A DNA stretch of 32,000 nucleotides from Erysipelotrichaceae bacterium OH741_COT-311 (GTDB taxonomy: Bacteria > Bacillota_I > Bacilli_A > Erysipelotrichales > Erysipelotrichaceae), in contig RQZE01000007.1 in NCBI GenBank assembly GCA_003858585.1, forward strand, positions 120,001 through 152,000. The letters run 5' to 3'. The stretch's first letter is position 1; each line of letters opens with the position of its first letter. Position numbers and translations under genes: made by a program. The notes below the pieces were generated by a model. It saw only the letters and a list, made by a program, of their open reading frames with translations, was not told the origin of the DNA and did no database searches. Positions 20,428 to 28,889 of this stretch are shown here, piece after piece.

Positions 20428-20967
20428 TTAAAATATTGGTGGTGTGCAAATCCACAATACCTTTGCACTTTGACTAGCAGGATTTACCAATTGATGTTGG
20501 AAATCCCCTTTCATATAGAAAGTCTCACCTTTTTTTACCACACTAGTCTGTTTCTTTTCTAAATTCTCAATAACAATTTTCCCTTCTAACACATACCCAA
20601 ATTCTTCCCCTTCATGTGGATTCACTACAAAGGAATTTCCATGAGACTTCAATTCAATTAAAATGGGTTCCATCTCATTTTTTTGAGCATTGGGAACAAT
20701 CCAGTTAATAATACATTCTTCTCTTTGATCAATAAAATAATCTTCTTTCTTAAAAACTATCTTTTCTTGACGTTCTTCTTTAAAAAACTGTTCTAAATTT
20801 AATCCTAACGCTTCTACAATATCCTGTAAGGTTGTAATGGAAGGAGATGTTAAATCACGTTCGACCTGTGATAAAAATCCCTTTGTAAGTTCGGTCCGAC
20901 TAGCTAATTCTTCCAGTGTTAGATTATTCTGGATACGTAATTGTTTAATTTTATTTCCGATTTCCAT
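20428..20967 (-). CDS. XRE-family HTH plus C-terminal cupin transcriptional regulator (PuuR-like architecture), first gene of the pot operon
   Basis: 179 aa. HTH region: IKQLRIQNNLTLEELASRTELTKGFLSQVERD. Cupin region: GEEFGYVLEGKI...GETFYM. Its stop lies 9 nt before the potA ATG. Confidence 0.85.
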   Translation of the reverse strand: MEIGNKIKQLRIQNNLTLEELASRTELTKGFLSQVERDLTSPSITTLQDIVEALGLNLEQFFKEERQEKIVFKKEDYFIDQREECIINWIVPNAQKNEMEPILIELKSHGNSFVVNPHEGEEFGYVLEGKIVIENLEKKQTSVVKKGETFYMKGDFQHQLVNPASQSAKVLWICTPPIF

Positions 20968-21025
20968 AACACCCTCCTTGTTTAGTATTTGTAAACTTTA
21001 TGTTACTTTTTGTTAAACCTATTTC

Positions 21026-21053
21026 ATTATATAAAAAATTTTTCAAAATGCAA
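21026..21053 (-). promoter_or_regulatory. Candidate promoter of the regulator-potABCD operon (TTGCAT-16-TATAAT)
   Basis: The minus strand reads TTGCATTTTGAAAAATTTTTTATATAAT, about 58 nt upstream of the regulator ATG. Confidence 0.55.
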
Positions 21054-21083
21054 GTAGTATTAAACAAAAAGTTTAGCAAAACC

Positions 21084-21115
21084 AAACAAAAAGGCAACCC
21101 CTTAAGGATTGCCTT
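21084..21115 (-). terminator. Rho-independent terminator of trxA
   Basis: The minus strand reads AAGGCAATCC-TTAAG-GGGTTGCCTT followed by TTTTGTTTGG. Confidence 0.8.
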
Positions 21116-21124
21116 TGTTATCGA

Positions 21125-21430
21125 TTAAAGTGCTGAACGAACAAATTTTTCAATTTCTGCTTTTGCTTGGAAGCCAGCAACACGATTAACAACTTGTCCA
21201 TCTTTAAATAATAATAAAGTAGGAATTGACATGATACCATATTTAGCTGCTAATTCATTTTCTTGATCGACATCCACTTTATAGAATTTAGCTTCTGTCA
21301 TTTCCTTTGACAAACCTTCCAATACAGGTCCTAACATTTTACAAGGACCGCACCAAGTTGCAAAGAAATCTACTAATACTACGCCTTCTTTTGTTACTTC
21401 TTCAAATTGTGTTTTGTTAATAATTTCCAT
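21125..21430 (-). CDS. trxA: Thioredoxin
   Basis: 101 aa with the active site WCGPC. Confidence 0.95.
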   Translation of the reverse strand: MEIINKTQFEEVTKEGVVLVDFFATWCGPCKMLGPVLEGLSKEMTEAKFYKVDVDQENELAAKYGIMSIPTLLLFKDGQVVNRVAGFQAKAEIEKFVRSAL

Positions 21431-21457
21431 TTTTATTCTCCTTTAATAACTGTTTTT

Positions 21458-21486
21458 ATTATAAATGAATTTCTTTTCTTGTGCAA
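21458..21486 (-). promoter_or_regulatory. Candidate trxA promoter (TTGCAC-17-TATAAT)
   Basis: The minus strand reads TTGCACAAGAAAAGAAATTCATTTATAAT, followed by the RBS AAAGGAGAA. Confidence 0.55.
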
Positions 21487-21496
21487 AATAAATGCC

Positions 21497-22222
21497 CTAA
21501 AGTAAGCTAGCTGCTTCCTTATCAACAATCACAATGACATCCGGATGGTTTTGCAATACCGATGCTGGATGTTCCGGTGTTACCGGTCCCTTTAACATGT
21601 TGTAAATAGCCTGAGCTTTGTTTTTACCGGAAGCAATCAATAAGATCTTCTTTGCCTTTAATACACTTTGTATTCCCATTGTAATCGCATGCGTTGGTAC
21701 TTCTTCTTTTAAAGGTTCAAAGAAACGTGCATTGTCTTTACGTGTCGACTCCTTTAATGTCACAACATGTGTCAAAGAATCAAACGGTGTGCCGGGCTCA
21801 TTAAAACCAATGTGTCCATTTGAACCAATCCCTAATAATTGTAAATCAATTTGATAGTTTGCCATTAACGCTTCATATGCTTTGCTATTTTCTTCTAAAT
21901 CACCTAACCCACTTGGTAAATGTACATGTTCCTCTTTTATATTTAAATGATCAAACAAATTATGATGCATAAACGTATAATATGATTCTTGATGCTCTCT
22001 TGGTAAACCAACATATTCATCTAAATTAAATGTAATTACCTTTGAATAATCTGTTTGATTCTTTTTATGGTCATCAATCATCGCTTGATACAAACCAAGC
22101 GGACTTGAACCTGTAGCTAACCCTAAAACCGGAGATTCTTTTTCCTTTAAAACTCCTTTTACTACTTCAAATGCTTTTTGACTTAATTCTTGATAATCTT
22201 TTACAACGATAACATTAAACAT
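21497..22222 (-). CDS. nagB: Glucosamine-6-phosphate deaminase
   Basis: 241 aa. Matches the NagB family through LGLATGSSP, FNLDEYVGL and GIGSNGHIGFNEPG. Confidence 0.92.
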   Translation of the reverse strand: MFNVIVVKDYQELSQKAFEVVKGVLKEKESPVLGLATGSSPLGLYQAMIDDHKKNQTDYSKVITFNLDEYVGLPREHQESYYTFMHHNLFDHLNIKEEHVHLPSGLGDLEENSKAYEALMANYQIDLQLLGIGSNGHIGFNEPGTPFDSLTHVVTLKESTRKDNARFFEPLKEEVPTHAITMGIQSVLKAKKILLIASGKNKAQAIYNMLKGPVTPEHPASVLQNHPDVIVIVDKEAASLL

Positions 22223-22234
22223 CTTTTTCTCCTT

Positions 22235-23026
22235 CTATATCATTTCTATACTATAAGAAGTTAAATAACTTCTAGAAGCCCCTAAAGTTATCATACCCGG
22301 AAACTCTTGAAACTCTAAGTGATCTTCTCCTTTAAAACCATGCCATGGCTCTATGCAAATAAATGATGCATCTTCTTTACTCCAAAGAATCACATTTCGA
22401 TAACCGTTAGAAGATACCTTAATACCATGTTTGCCATTTGTTAATTTATAATACGGACTATCTTGATGGAAGAAAATTACCGATTGATTATTGGTATAGT
22501 CTTTATAAGTTAAAGGTCTCCTTTCAACATTATGTAAACCATGATATTCAATCCAATATTCTTCAAACCTCTCATTTGAATGAATCGGACACATAAATGC
22601 CGGATGTAAACCGAATGTAAAATACATATCTACATCATTGGTATTTTCAACACGATAGGTAATCTCTAATTTTGTATCTATCAAACGATAGCTGACATAT
22701 AAACGAAAGTGAAATGGATATTGTTTCAGTGTTTCTTCGCTATCCTTTAACATTAAAGTGATTTCATCTTCCTTATGTTCTACTAACTCAAAGATACTAT
22801 GACGAGCAAATCCATGATTTCCAATTGTATATTGCTTACCATCTAAACGATAGCTTCTGCTTGCGGTAGAACCAATCGTTGGAAATAAGATCGGATTACG
22901 ACCTGACCAATACATCGCATCTCCTTGCCACATACGTTCTAAGTCATCTTTTTTTAAGCGAAAGCTTAAAATATTTGCCCCCATTAAACCTACTTCTACT
23001 TTTGCGAATGGATTTTCTATGATCAT
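22235..23026 (-). CDS. Aldose 1-epimerase (galactose mutarotase-like) family protein
   Basis: 263 aa. Family-typical HGFAR and GLHPAF motifs. Co-oriented with nagB, 12 nt upstream of it. Confidence 0.75.
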   Translation of the reverse strand: MIIENPFAKVEVGLMGANILSFRLKKDDLERMWQGDAMYWSGRNPILFPTIGSTASRSYRLDGKQYTIGNHGFARHSIFELVEHKEDEITLMLKDSEETLKQYPFHFRLYVSYRLIDTKLEITYRVENTNDVDMYFTFGLHPAFMCPIHSNERFEEYWIEYHGLHNVERRPLTYKDYTNNQSVIFFHQDSPYYKLTNGKHGIKVSSNGYRNVILWSKEDASFICIEPWHGFKGEDHLEFQEFPGMITLGASRSYLTSYSIEMI

Positions 23027-23117
23027 ATATAGACCCCTTCCTTATTATAAAAAATTTTACAAAAAAGTTAAACTAAATTATGGAATGTTATATAATTACT
23101 TTTAGAAAAGGGGTATT

Positions 23118-24113
23118 ATGAAAAACAAAACATTAAAAACAATTTTAATCAGCTTATGTACATTAGTCGTACTTGTTACTGCTATCTTTAGTTTTTTAAT
23201 CTATCAAAGAAAACAAAAAGAAAAAGAACTTCATAGTCCGGAATATGCGATTAAAGAATACATAAACGAAATACAAAACAATGTATTTGAACAAATCTAT
23301 CAAAATTCAATTTATTTATATAACAATCATTCAAGTCAACAAGAACTAAGTAACACTTTAGCCAATATTTATCAAAACACAAACATAAAAACCATGAAAA
23401 TTAAAGATCAACAACCTTATGAAAATGGATATCGTTACACCTTATATCAAAACAACGAAACAGTCAGCCAAGTGATGGTAAAACCTTACGATGACCGTTA
23501 TCTTGTAGCTACCCTTTTAAAAAACGAAGTAACTACCTACATTGAATCATTACCAAACTTAACCTTCACTGTTAACGACTACGGCATTGAGGATATAAAT
23601 CCGAAAGAAATGATTTCATCTAACTTCAAAGAACTTAATGTTGATAATGCACCAGTGATATTACAATACACCATCGAAACATTATCACAAACACCTACCC
23701 TTGCTTTGCCAAGCAGCTATACATTTCTAAAAGATCTTCATGAACAAAAAATTTATATCGGAAAGCTAGAACCCAATACCGGTCTACACGATTTATTTAT
23801 CAATGCCATTGAAGTCTTTCACAGTGTAACCATTAACAAAAATTGGGAGAAACCACTTTATAGCATCAGCATTCCAGACTCCATTTTTTTAAAACAAGTC
23901 AAAGAAGGCTACCCACACCTGCAAGGTTTAGAAAAAGGGCATCTTGAAAATATCCGTTTCAGTGATATTTTAAAACAAAGTGAGGATAGTATGATGGCAC
24001 ACGTCACTTTTGATTATGTAAGTAAAAATGATACTAAAACTTTTACTTATCAAATCGTTTTCTTAAAACATCAAGGAATTTATAAAATTGCTCAACTAAA
24101 AATAGAACCATAG
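23118..24113 (+). CDS. Membrane-anchored hypothetical protein (N-terminal TM helix, extracytoplasmic body)
   Basis: 331 aa. TM segment: ILISLCTLVVLVTAIFSFLIY. The region after the anchor (AIKEYINEIQNNVFEQIYQNS...) loosely recalls the NTF2-like N-terminal domain of some PBPs. No catalytic motif recognised. Confidence 0.6.
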   Translation: MKNKTLKTILISLCTLVVLVTAIFSFLIYQRKQKEKELHSPEYAIKEYINEIQNNVFEQIYQNSIYLYNNHSSQQELSNTLANIYQNTNIKTMKIKDQQPYENGYRYTLYQNNETVSQVMVKPYDDRYLVATLLKNEVTTYIESLPNLTFTVNDYGIEDINPKEMISSNFKELNVDNAPVILQYTIETLSQTPTLALPSSYTFLKDLHEQKIYIGKLEPNTGLHDLFINAIEVFHSVTINKNWEKPLYSISIPDSIFLKQVKEGYPHLQGLEKGHLENIRFSDILKQSEDSMMAHVTFDYVSKNDTKTFTYQIVFLKHQGIYKIAQLKIEP

Positions 24114-24127
24114 GTTCTATTTTTTTA
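24101..24127. terminator. Bidirectional hairpin terminator shared by convergent genes
   Basis: AATAGAACC-ATA-GGTTCTATT followed by TTTTTT on the plus strand, with AAAA before the stem on the plus strand (UUUU after it on the minus). Each stem arm contains the last codons and the stop of one of the two genes. Confidence 0.7.
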
Positions 24128-25205
24128 GTTCAATGATACGTTCCCAAGGCAATTCTTTTTTACCAAAGTGTCCATAGTTTGTTGTAGAAGCATAAATCGG
24201 TTTTAATAAATCAAGCTCTTGGATAATATTTGATACACTGAAATCAAAATTTTCATTGATAATACGAACAATTTCTTCATTTGAAATTTTACCTGTATTA
24301 AATGTTTCTACATTTATAGATAATGGATTCGCCATACCAATCGCATAAGATACTTGAATTGCCACTTTACCAGCAAGATTAGCAGCAACAATATTCTTTG
24401 CCACATAACGACAATAATATGCAGCACTACGATCTACTTTCGATGGATCTTTACTACTAAAACATCCCCCACCAATCGGACAATAACCACCATAACTATC
24501 CACTACAATTTTTCGTCCTGTTGTTCCACTGTCTCCAAAAGAACCACCTAAAATAAATGATCCAGATGGATTGATGTAAAACTTGCTTTGTGCATCTAAA
24601 TACACATCAGGAATTACTTCATTAATCACTTCTTTAATAATGATTTCTTTTAATTCCGTTTGTGAAATCTTAGCGTCATGTTGACATGAAACAACCACGG
24701 TATCTACACGTTGTGCAACACCATCTTCATATTCAACTGTCACCTGTGTTTTTCCATCCGGTTTTAACATAGGATTTAAACGACGTACTTCTTCTAAACG
24801 TTTTGCTAGTTTGTGAGCTAAATCAATGGCAAGTGGCATAAAGTCTTCTGTTTCATTACTTGCATAACCAAACATAATCCCTTGATCCCCGGCACTCATA
24901 CCTTCGTGATTTACTGCATTGTAAATTTCATTGGATTGTTTATTTACTTTCACTAACACTTCATACTCTTCTTCATAACCAATCTTTTTTAATACATCTT
25001 TTGCAATTTGTGCATAATCAATGTTTGCTTTTGTATTGGCTTCTCCATAGATTAAGATAAAGTCATCTTTAATTGTACACTCTACTGCCATTTTGCTGTT
25101 TGGATCTTGCCTTAAAGCTTCATCCAAAATATGATCGCTTACCCAGTCACATATCTTATCCGGATGTCCACTGGTTACTGATTCGCTTGTAAAAAAATAT
25201 TTCAT
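24117..25205 (-). CDS. metK: S-adenosylmethionine synthetase
   Basis: 362 aa. Motifs: FTSESVTSGHPDK, GAGDQG-like SAGDQGIMFGYA, DPSKVDRSAAY. It sits downstream of an S-box leader. Confidence 0.93.
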   Translation of the reverse strand: MKYFFTSESVTSGHPDKICDWVSDHILDEALRQDPNSKMAVECTIKDDFILIYGEANTKANIDYAQIAKDVLKKIGYEEEYEVLVKVNKQSNEIYNAVNHEGMSAGDQGIMFGYASNETEDFMPLAIDLAHKLAKRLEEVRRLNPMLKPDGKTQVTVEYEDGVAQRVDTVVVSCQHDAKISQTELKEIIIKEVINEVIPDVYLDAQSKFYINPSGSFILGGSFGDSGTTGRKIVVDSYGGYCPIGGGCFSSKDPSKVDRSAAYYCRYVAKNIVAANLAGKVAIQVSYAIGMANPLSINVETFNTGKISNEEIVRIINENFDFSVSNIIQELDLLKPIYASTTNYGHFGKKELPWERIIELKK

Positions 25206-25225
25206 ACACTCCTCTTTTCTAGTCA

Positions 25226-25357
25226 GATATCAAAAAGACACTCTAAGAAAGAGTGTCTTTATTTTTCATTCTTCCTTATCCATGTTAGTTGTACCACCTT
25301 ACGATTGCAGGTTGGTGTGATCTACGAGCTAACCCTCTAAACCACTCTTGATAAATG
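25226..25357 (-). promoter_or_regulatory. SAM-I (S-box)-type riboswitch with intrinsic terminator, controlling metK
   Basis: The minus strand reads UUUAUCAAGAGUGGUUUAGAGGGUUAGCUCGUAGAUCACACCAACCUGCAAUCGUAAGGUGGUACAACUAACAUGGAUAAGG. P1 is UAUC/GAUA. The GAGGG and CAACC..GGUGG core is present. The terminator AAAGACACUCU-UUCUU-AGAGUGUCUUU plus UUG follows. Confidence 0.8.
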
Positions 25358-25366
25358 ACATTCATA

Positions 25367-25395
25367 TTTATAGCACAACTTGAAAAATAATTCAA
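25367..25395 (-). promoter_or_regulatory. Candidate promoter of the S-box/metK unit (TTGAAT-17-TATAAA)
   Basis: The minus strand reads TTGAATTATTTTTCAAGTTGTGCTATAAA, about 10 nt upstream of the riboswitch P1. Confidence 0.5.
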
Positions 25396-25400
25396 GTATT

Positions 25401-25425
25401 ATAATAAAATGGGGGTTCCCCATTT
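25401..25425 (-). terminator. Rho-independent terminator of mscL
   Basis: The minus strand reads AAAATGGGG-AA-CCCCCATTTT followed by ATTAT, 2 nt after the mscL stop. Confidence 0.8.
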
Positions 25426-25427
25426 TA

Positions 25428-25859
25428 TTATTTATCTTTTAATGTAGCTAAGATTTCCGTTAACAATTCTTCTGTTGTCGGTCCTTTTTCTTCAACAACT
25501 TCTTCCACTACTTCTTCTTTACGTTTCATCGCATTCATACCTTTAATTAACATAAATACAATAAATGCAATAATGATGAAGTTAATAATTGTAACAAGTA
25601 ACGTACCGACACCAATCACTACTGCAGCCGATGTAACTTCTCCTGCTGCATCAACTACTGCCGGTTTTAATACGATATTGAATTGTGATAAATCAATACC
25701 GCCAATTAAATACCCAATGATTGGCATAAATATATCATTAACTAAACTTGTTGTAATCTTCCCAAATGCAGTAGCAATAACTACCCCAATTGCCATGTCG
25801 ATTACATTACCTCTCATGGCAAATTCTTTAAATTCTTTTAAAAATCCGTTTTTCTTCAT
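25428..25859 (-). CDS. mscL: Large-conductance mechanosensitive channel
   Basis: Start placed at ATG 25859 (MKKNGFLKEFKEFAMRGNVIDMAIGVVI...) behind GGAGG. The N-terminus is classic MscL, with two TM helices and a charged C-terminal helix. Confidence 0.93.
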   Translation of the reverse strand: MKKNGFLKEFKEFAMRGNVIDMAIGVVIATAFGKITTSLVNDIFMPIIGYLIGGIDLSQFNIVLKPAVVDAAGEVTSAAVVIGVGTLLVTIINFIIIAFIVFMLIKGMNAMKRKEEVVEEVVEEKGPTTEELLTEILATLKDK

Positions 25860-25990
25860 AGTGACCTCCACATTTTTATTATAACAACGAATAAAAAAGA
25901 TTGCACTTGATATTATTTATGGAAAATAATGACTTCTTAGATTGTTTCACAAAGAAGATTATGACATAATGAATAAAAGGAGTATATATT

Positions 25991-26488
25991 ATGAATAATA
26001 AAACCATAAAGAGAATTGAAAAACTACCTACTACTGTAGAAGAATTTCAATCTTTACCACAGTTTGATCGCAAAAGTCCATATGATACTGCCATTTTAGT
26101 CATTGTAGCGTTATTAAATTACAAAGATAATCCGGAATTAGCCTTTGATATGATTAATGTCTTAAAAGGACCTAATCCACTAAGTCCTTATGAAAAACAA
26201 TTCTTACACGATCGTTTAAGAGACAAAACACATGTTGTCAGCTCTTTTATCAAAGAAACTTCTCCAAATAATGATTATCAATATCCATTACCATTTCACA
26301 TTGAAGCCTTCGATAACCCTTATTCATTTGTCAATGAAGGATATGCTAAAATCTTCTTAACATCTTCTGGTGCCGATAGTCCAAGACCGATTGTTTTACG
26401 ATTAGGGAAAGATCAAAATTGGTATTTATATGAAATTTTGTGTCTATCTAATGTTCGTCCACCGGAATCAACAAACTTTTGGGCATAA
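25991..26488 (+). CDS. Hypothetical protein, no recognisable motif
   Basis: 165 aa, soluble-looking, behind the RBS AAAGGAG. Followed by a strong terminator. Confidence 0.6.
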   Translation: MNNKTIKRIEKLPTTVEEFQSLPQFDRKSPYDTAILVIVALLNYKDNPELAFDMINVLKGPNPLSPYEKQFLHDRLRDKTHVVSSFIKETSPNNDYQYPLPFHIEAFDNPYSFVNEGYAKIFLTSSGADSPRPIVLRLGKDQNWYLYEILCLSNVRPPESTNFWA

Positions 26489-26490
26489 AC

Positions 26491-26527
26491 AAAATACTTC
26501 TTACCTTGTAAGAAGTATTTTTTATTT
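26491..26527. terminator. Bidirectional terminator between convergent genes
   Basis: AAATACTTCTTAC-CTT-GTAAGAAGTATTT, a 13-bp stem, with TTTTATTT after it on the plus strand and A-rich sequence before it. Confidence 0.85.
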
Positions 26528-27736
26528 CATCAATGCTTTTGCAAAGCTGGTGCCATTTTGTACTTCTTCAACCCCAAAGAATTCAGCAACCGTTGCACCT
26601 ACATCACTTAAAGAAGTACGAGTCGATAAGCAAGTTCCTTCCACTCCATGTTTGTACACTAAAATAGGTACAACTTCTCTTGTATGACGATTATGACCAA
26701 TGTTTGGATCATTGCCATGATCTGCCATAATCAACAAGACATCCTCTTTACCTAATGCTTCCATAATCTTGCCAATATGTTTATCTGATAATTCTAATAA
26801 TTCTTTATAACGCTCAGAATTTTGACTATGCCCTGCTAAATCGGTTTCTTGAACATTGGTGCAAATAAACCCATGTTTTAATTCTTTGACATATTGTAGC
26901 GTGATGGTTAATACCTCTTCAGTTGGAACACAAGAAATCGATGTACCTTTTTCATTGATGACAATATCCGCTACTTTTCCAATTAAGACTACCGGAATAG
27001 TATGCTTACCTAAAATAGTCACTACTTGCGTATTTGGATCTACACCATACCCTAAATGACGACATTGATATCCTTGTTCATAAGACTTTGAATTCGCTGC
27101 ATGAATACCAATAAAATTTTCACCTTTCACTTGTTGTGCATTTAAAATATCTTGTAAATGATTACCGGTACCGCCAAAGACAATCACACGATTCACCTTA
27201 GCTATTTCACGTACTAAACGTCCAATCTTTAGTTCATGTTCAAAAGACATGTAGTCGAGTGGCGCTGTTAGATTATATGCCATCCCAACATCTGCATCAA
27301 TGTTATCCGCCACAGTACAATACCCGTCAACTAAAAGATATCTTAATCCTTCATAATGTCTGACTTCTACTTTATGACCATGATGTTCTAAATGTTCTTT
27401 TACATCATCTACAACTTCTTGAAACGGTACTACTTTCGGTTTTTTAGGTAAGGTTCCCATGATTTCTTGATGACCCATGAAGGTATCTGCACCAAAATGC
27501 ATTAACTCACTAATACCATAATTGGCAGTTGCACTAAATTTCATATTAGCACTTTCTTTTCCAAACGCATTCATTAATCCTAACTTCTCTAAATTAGGTA
27601 ATTTCAAATCCGGAAAATCATGTAAAATGCTACCTAATGTAGAACTGCTTTGATCTTCCGGACGTACGATTGCGGTATCTTCCATCGCACGCATACCAAA
27701 GCCATCCAACACTATAACAACAAATTTTTTATTCAT
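26522..27736 (-). CDS. YhfW-like phosphopentomutase-family metalloenzyme (alkaline-phosphatase superfamily)
   Basis: 404 aa. N-terminal metal-ligand context VVIVLDGFGMRAMEDT. C-terminal MADHGNDP...GHNRHTREVVP, as in DeoB-type mutases. An 8-nt ATGAATAA overlap with the upstream gene. Confidence 0.8.
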   Translation of the reverse strand: MNKKFVVIVLDGFGMRAMEDTAIVRPEDQSSSTLGSILHDFPDLKLPNLEKLGLMNAFGKESANMKFSATANYGISELMHFGADTFMGHQEIMGTLPKKPKVVPFQEVVDDVKEHLEHHGHKVEVRHYEGLRYLLVDGYCTVADNIDADVGMAYNLTAPLDYMSFEHELKIGRLVREIAKVNRVIVFGGTGNHLQDILNAQQVKGENFIGIHAANSKSYEQGYQCRHLGYGVDPNTQVVTILGKHTIPVVLIGKVADIVINEKGTSISCVPTEEVLTITLQYVKELKHGFICTNVQETDLAGHSQNSERYKELLELSDKHIGKIMEALGKEDVLLIMADHGNDPNIGHNRHTREVVPILVYKHGVEGTCLSTRTSLSDVGATVAEFFGVEEVQNGTSFAKALMK

Positions 27737-28889
27737 ATAGTTTTTCTCCTAAACTATTATATATACCAATGATTTCAGGCTTATTCTCTTTTAAGCCCTT
27801 CAGTAAACACACTTGACTCCTTGTTACAAATATTTGAAAGCGAAATGCCATAATTACCGTATCAGAAACATGACTTACACCGGCTAATCCAAAATGATAA
27901 TCTATACTTTCAGGATCCATATTTAAAACTTCATGTATGTTACAATCCTCAAAACGATTACCCACCAAAGCTTCCTTTACATGGGAACGACGATAATATC
28001 CTCCACCATAACAGTAACTATTCCCTTTATAGTGATGTGAAATTTCACTGACATAAATGACACAAGGTTTCTCCATTTCATCTTGATACGCATGAATTGG
28101 TGTAGAACCACTTAATCCATGCCCCGGTTCAGCACTGGAAATTGAATACTGTACCATTTGGTTTAATAACGAAGTACAAGTACTCGATGGTGCATTTACA
28201 TGGATATCCTTCAGTCCATTGTCTTGTAATAACTTTTTAGCTTGAAGTAATGTATCTAGATTTGATGTTGACTTTATCTCTTTTTGATCTTTATCATAAA
28301 GAAAACATGGAAATGAAGTTATTCCTTTAATCTTGACATGTGATAATTCTTTTACATAATCGATTACCTCTTGCAGTTGATTTAAGAAAAATCCCCCTGT
28401 TTGCCCACTATAAATAACATCTTGATCATTGACTACCCTCAATAAAAGAGAAAGGGTTTTTTCACTTTTTTTAGCACATTCATTTAGCTCTTTGATTTTT
28501 TCTTTGCTATAAACTGTAAAATATTTGCAGTTATAATTCACGAACGTTTGTAATAACGCTTTTGGTATTTGCACTAAATGACCAACATTGGCGATTGGAA
28601 TATGGTGCTTCATCATAATCATAGCTTCTTTAAAATCAACCACCACCGCTCCCGAATAACCAAGCTTAATCAACTCTTTGGCAAGATACGGATTTCTTCC
28701 AACCTGTTTTAACATAAAATACAATTCTATATTATGATGTTGAGCTTCTTTTAACATCTTTAAAGCATTATCAAGAAATGTATCAACATCAATAAGATAG
28801 GTATCCGGCAAAATTTTTTCTTGTTGATGAAGTTGAAAACCAAGTTCTACTAACGCTTTATTTTTTTCGATGGTTTTATTTAGAAACAT
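27729..28889 (-). CDS. YhfX-like PLP-dependent enzyme (alanine-racemase N-terminal TIM-barrel fold)
   Basis: 386 aa. The size matches E. coli YhfX and the gene neighbours the YhfW-like and YhfS-like genes. Candidate PLP-Lys context: YFMLKQVGRNPYLA. Assignment is by recalled family resemblance and context. Confidence 0.65.
   Translation of the reverse strand: MFLNKTIEKNKALVELGFQLHQQEKILPDTYLIDVDTFLDNALKMLKEAQHHNIELYFMLKQVGRNPYLAKELIKLGYSGAVVVDFKEAMIMMKHHIPIANVGHLVQIPKALLQTFVNYNCKYFTVYSKEKIKELNECAKKSEKTLSLLLRVVNDQDVIYSGQTGGFFLNQLQEVIDYVKELSHVKIKGITSFPCFLYDKDQKEIKSTSNLDTLLQAKKLLQDNGLKDIHVNAPSSTCTSLLNQMVQYSISSAEPGHGLSGSTPIHAYQDEMEKPCVIYVSEISHHYKGNSYCYGGGYYRRSHVKEALVGNRFEDCNIHEVLNMDPESIDYHFGLAGVSHVSDTVIMAFRFQIFVTRSQVCLLKGLKENKPEIIGIYNSLGEKLYE

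Noticed and set aside
24117-25205. MetK is short (362 aa) and has CPIGGGCFSSKD where I remember ARHGGGAFSGKD. This raised the question of a pseudogene or a paralogue with altered function.
   Set aside because: The reading frame is intact, the other catalytic motifs are present, and the gene is controlled by a SAM riboswitch. That is consistent with a functional, merely divergent MetK. The motif comparison is from memory and is not strong enough to report.
26430-26687. 85-aa plus-strand ORF crossing the bidirectional terminator into the YhfW-like gene.
   Set aside because: It reads through a 13-bp terminator stem and then runs antisense to a well-supported gene, so it is implausible as a gene.
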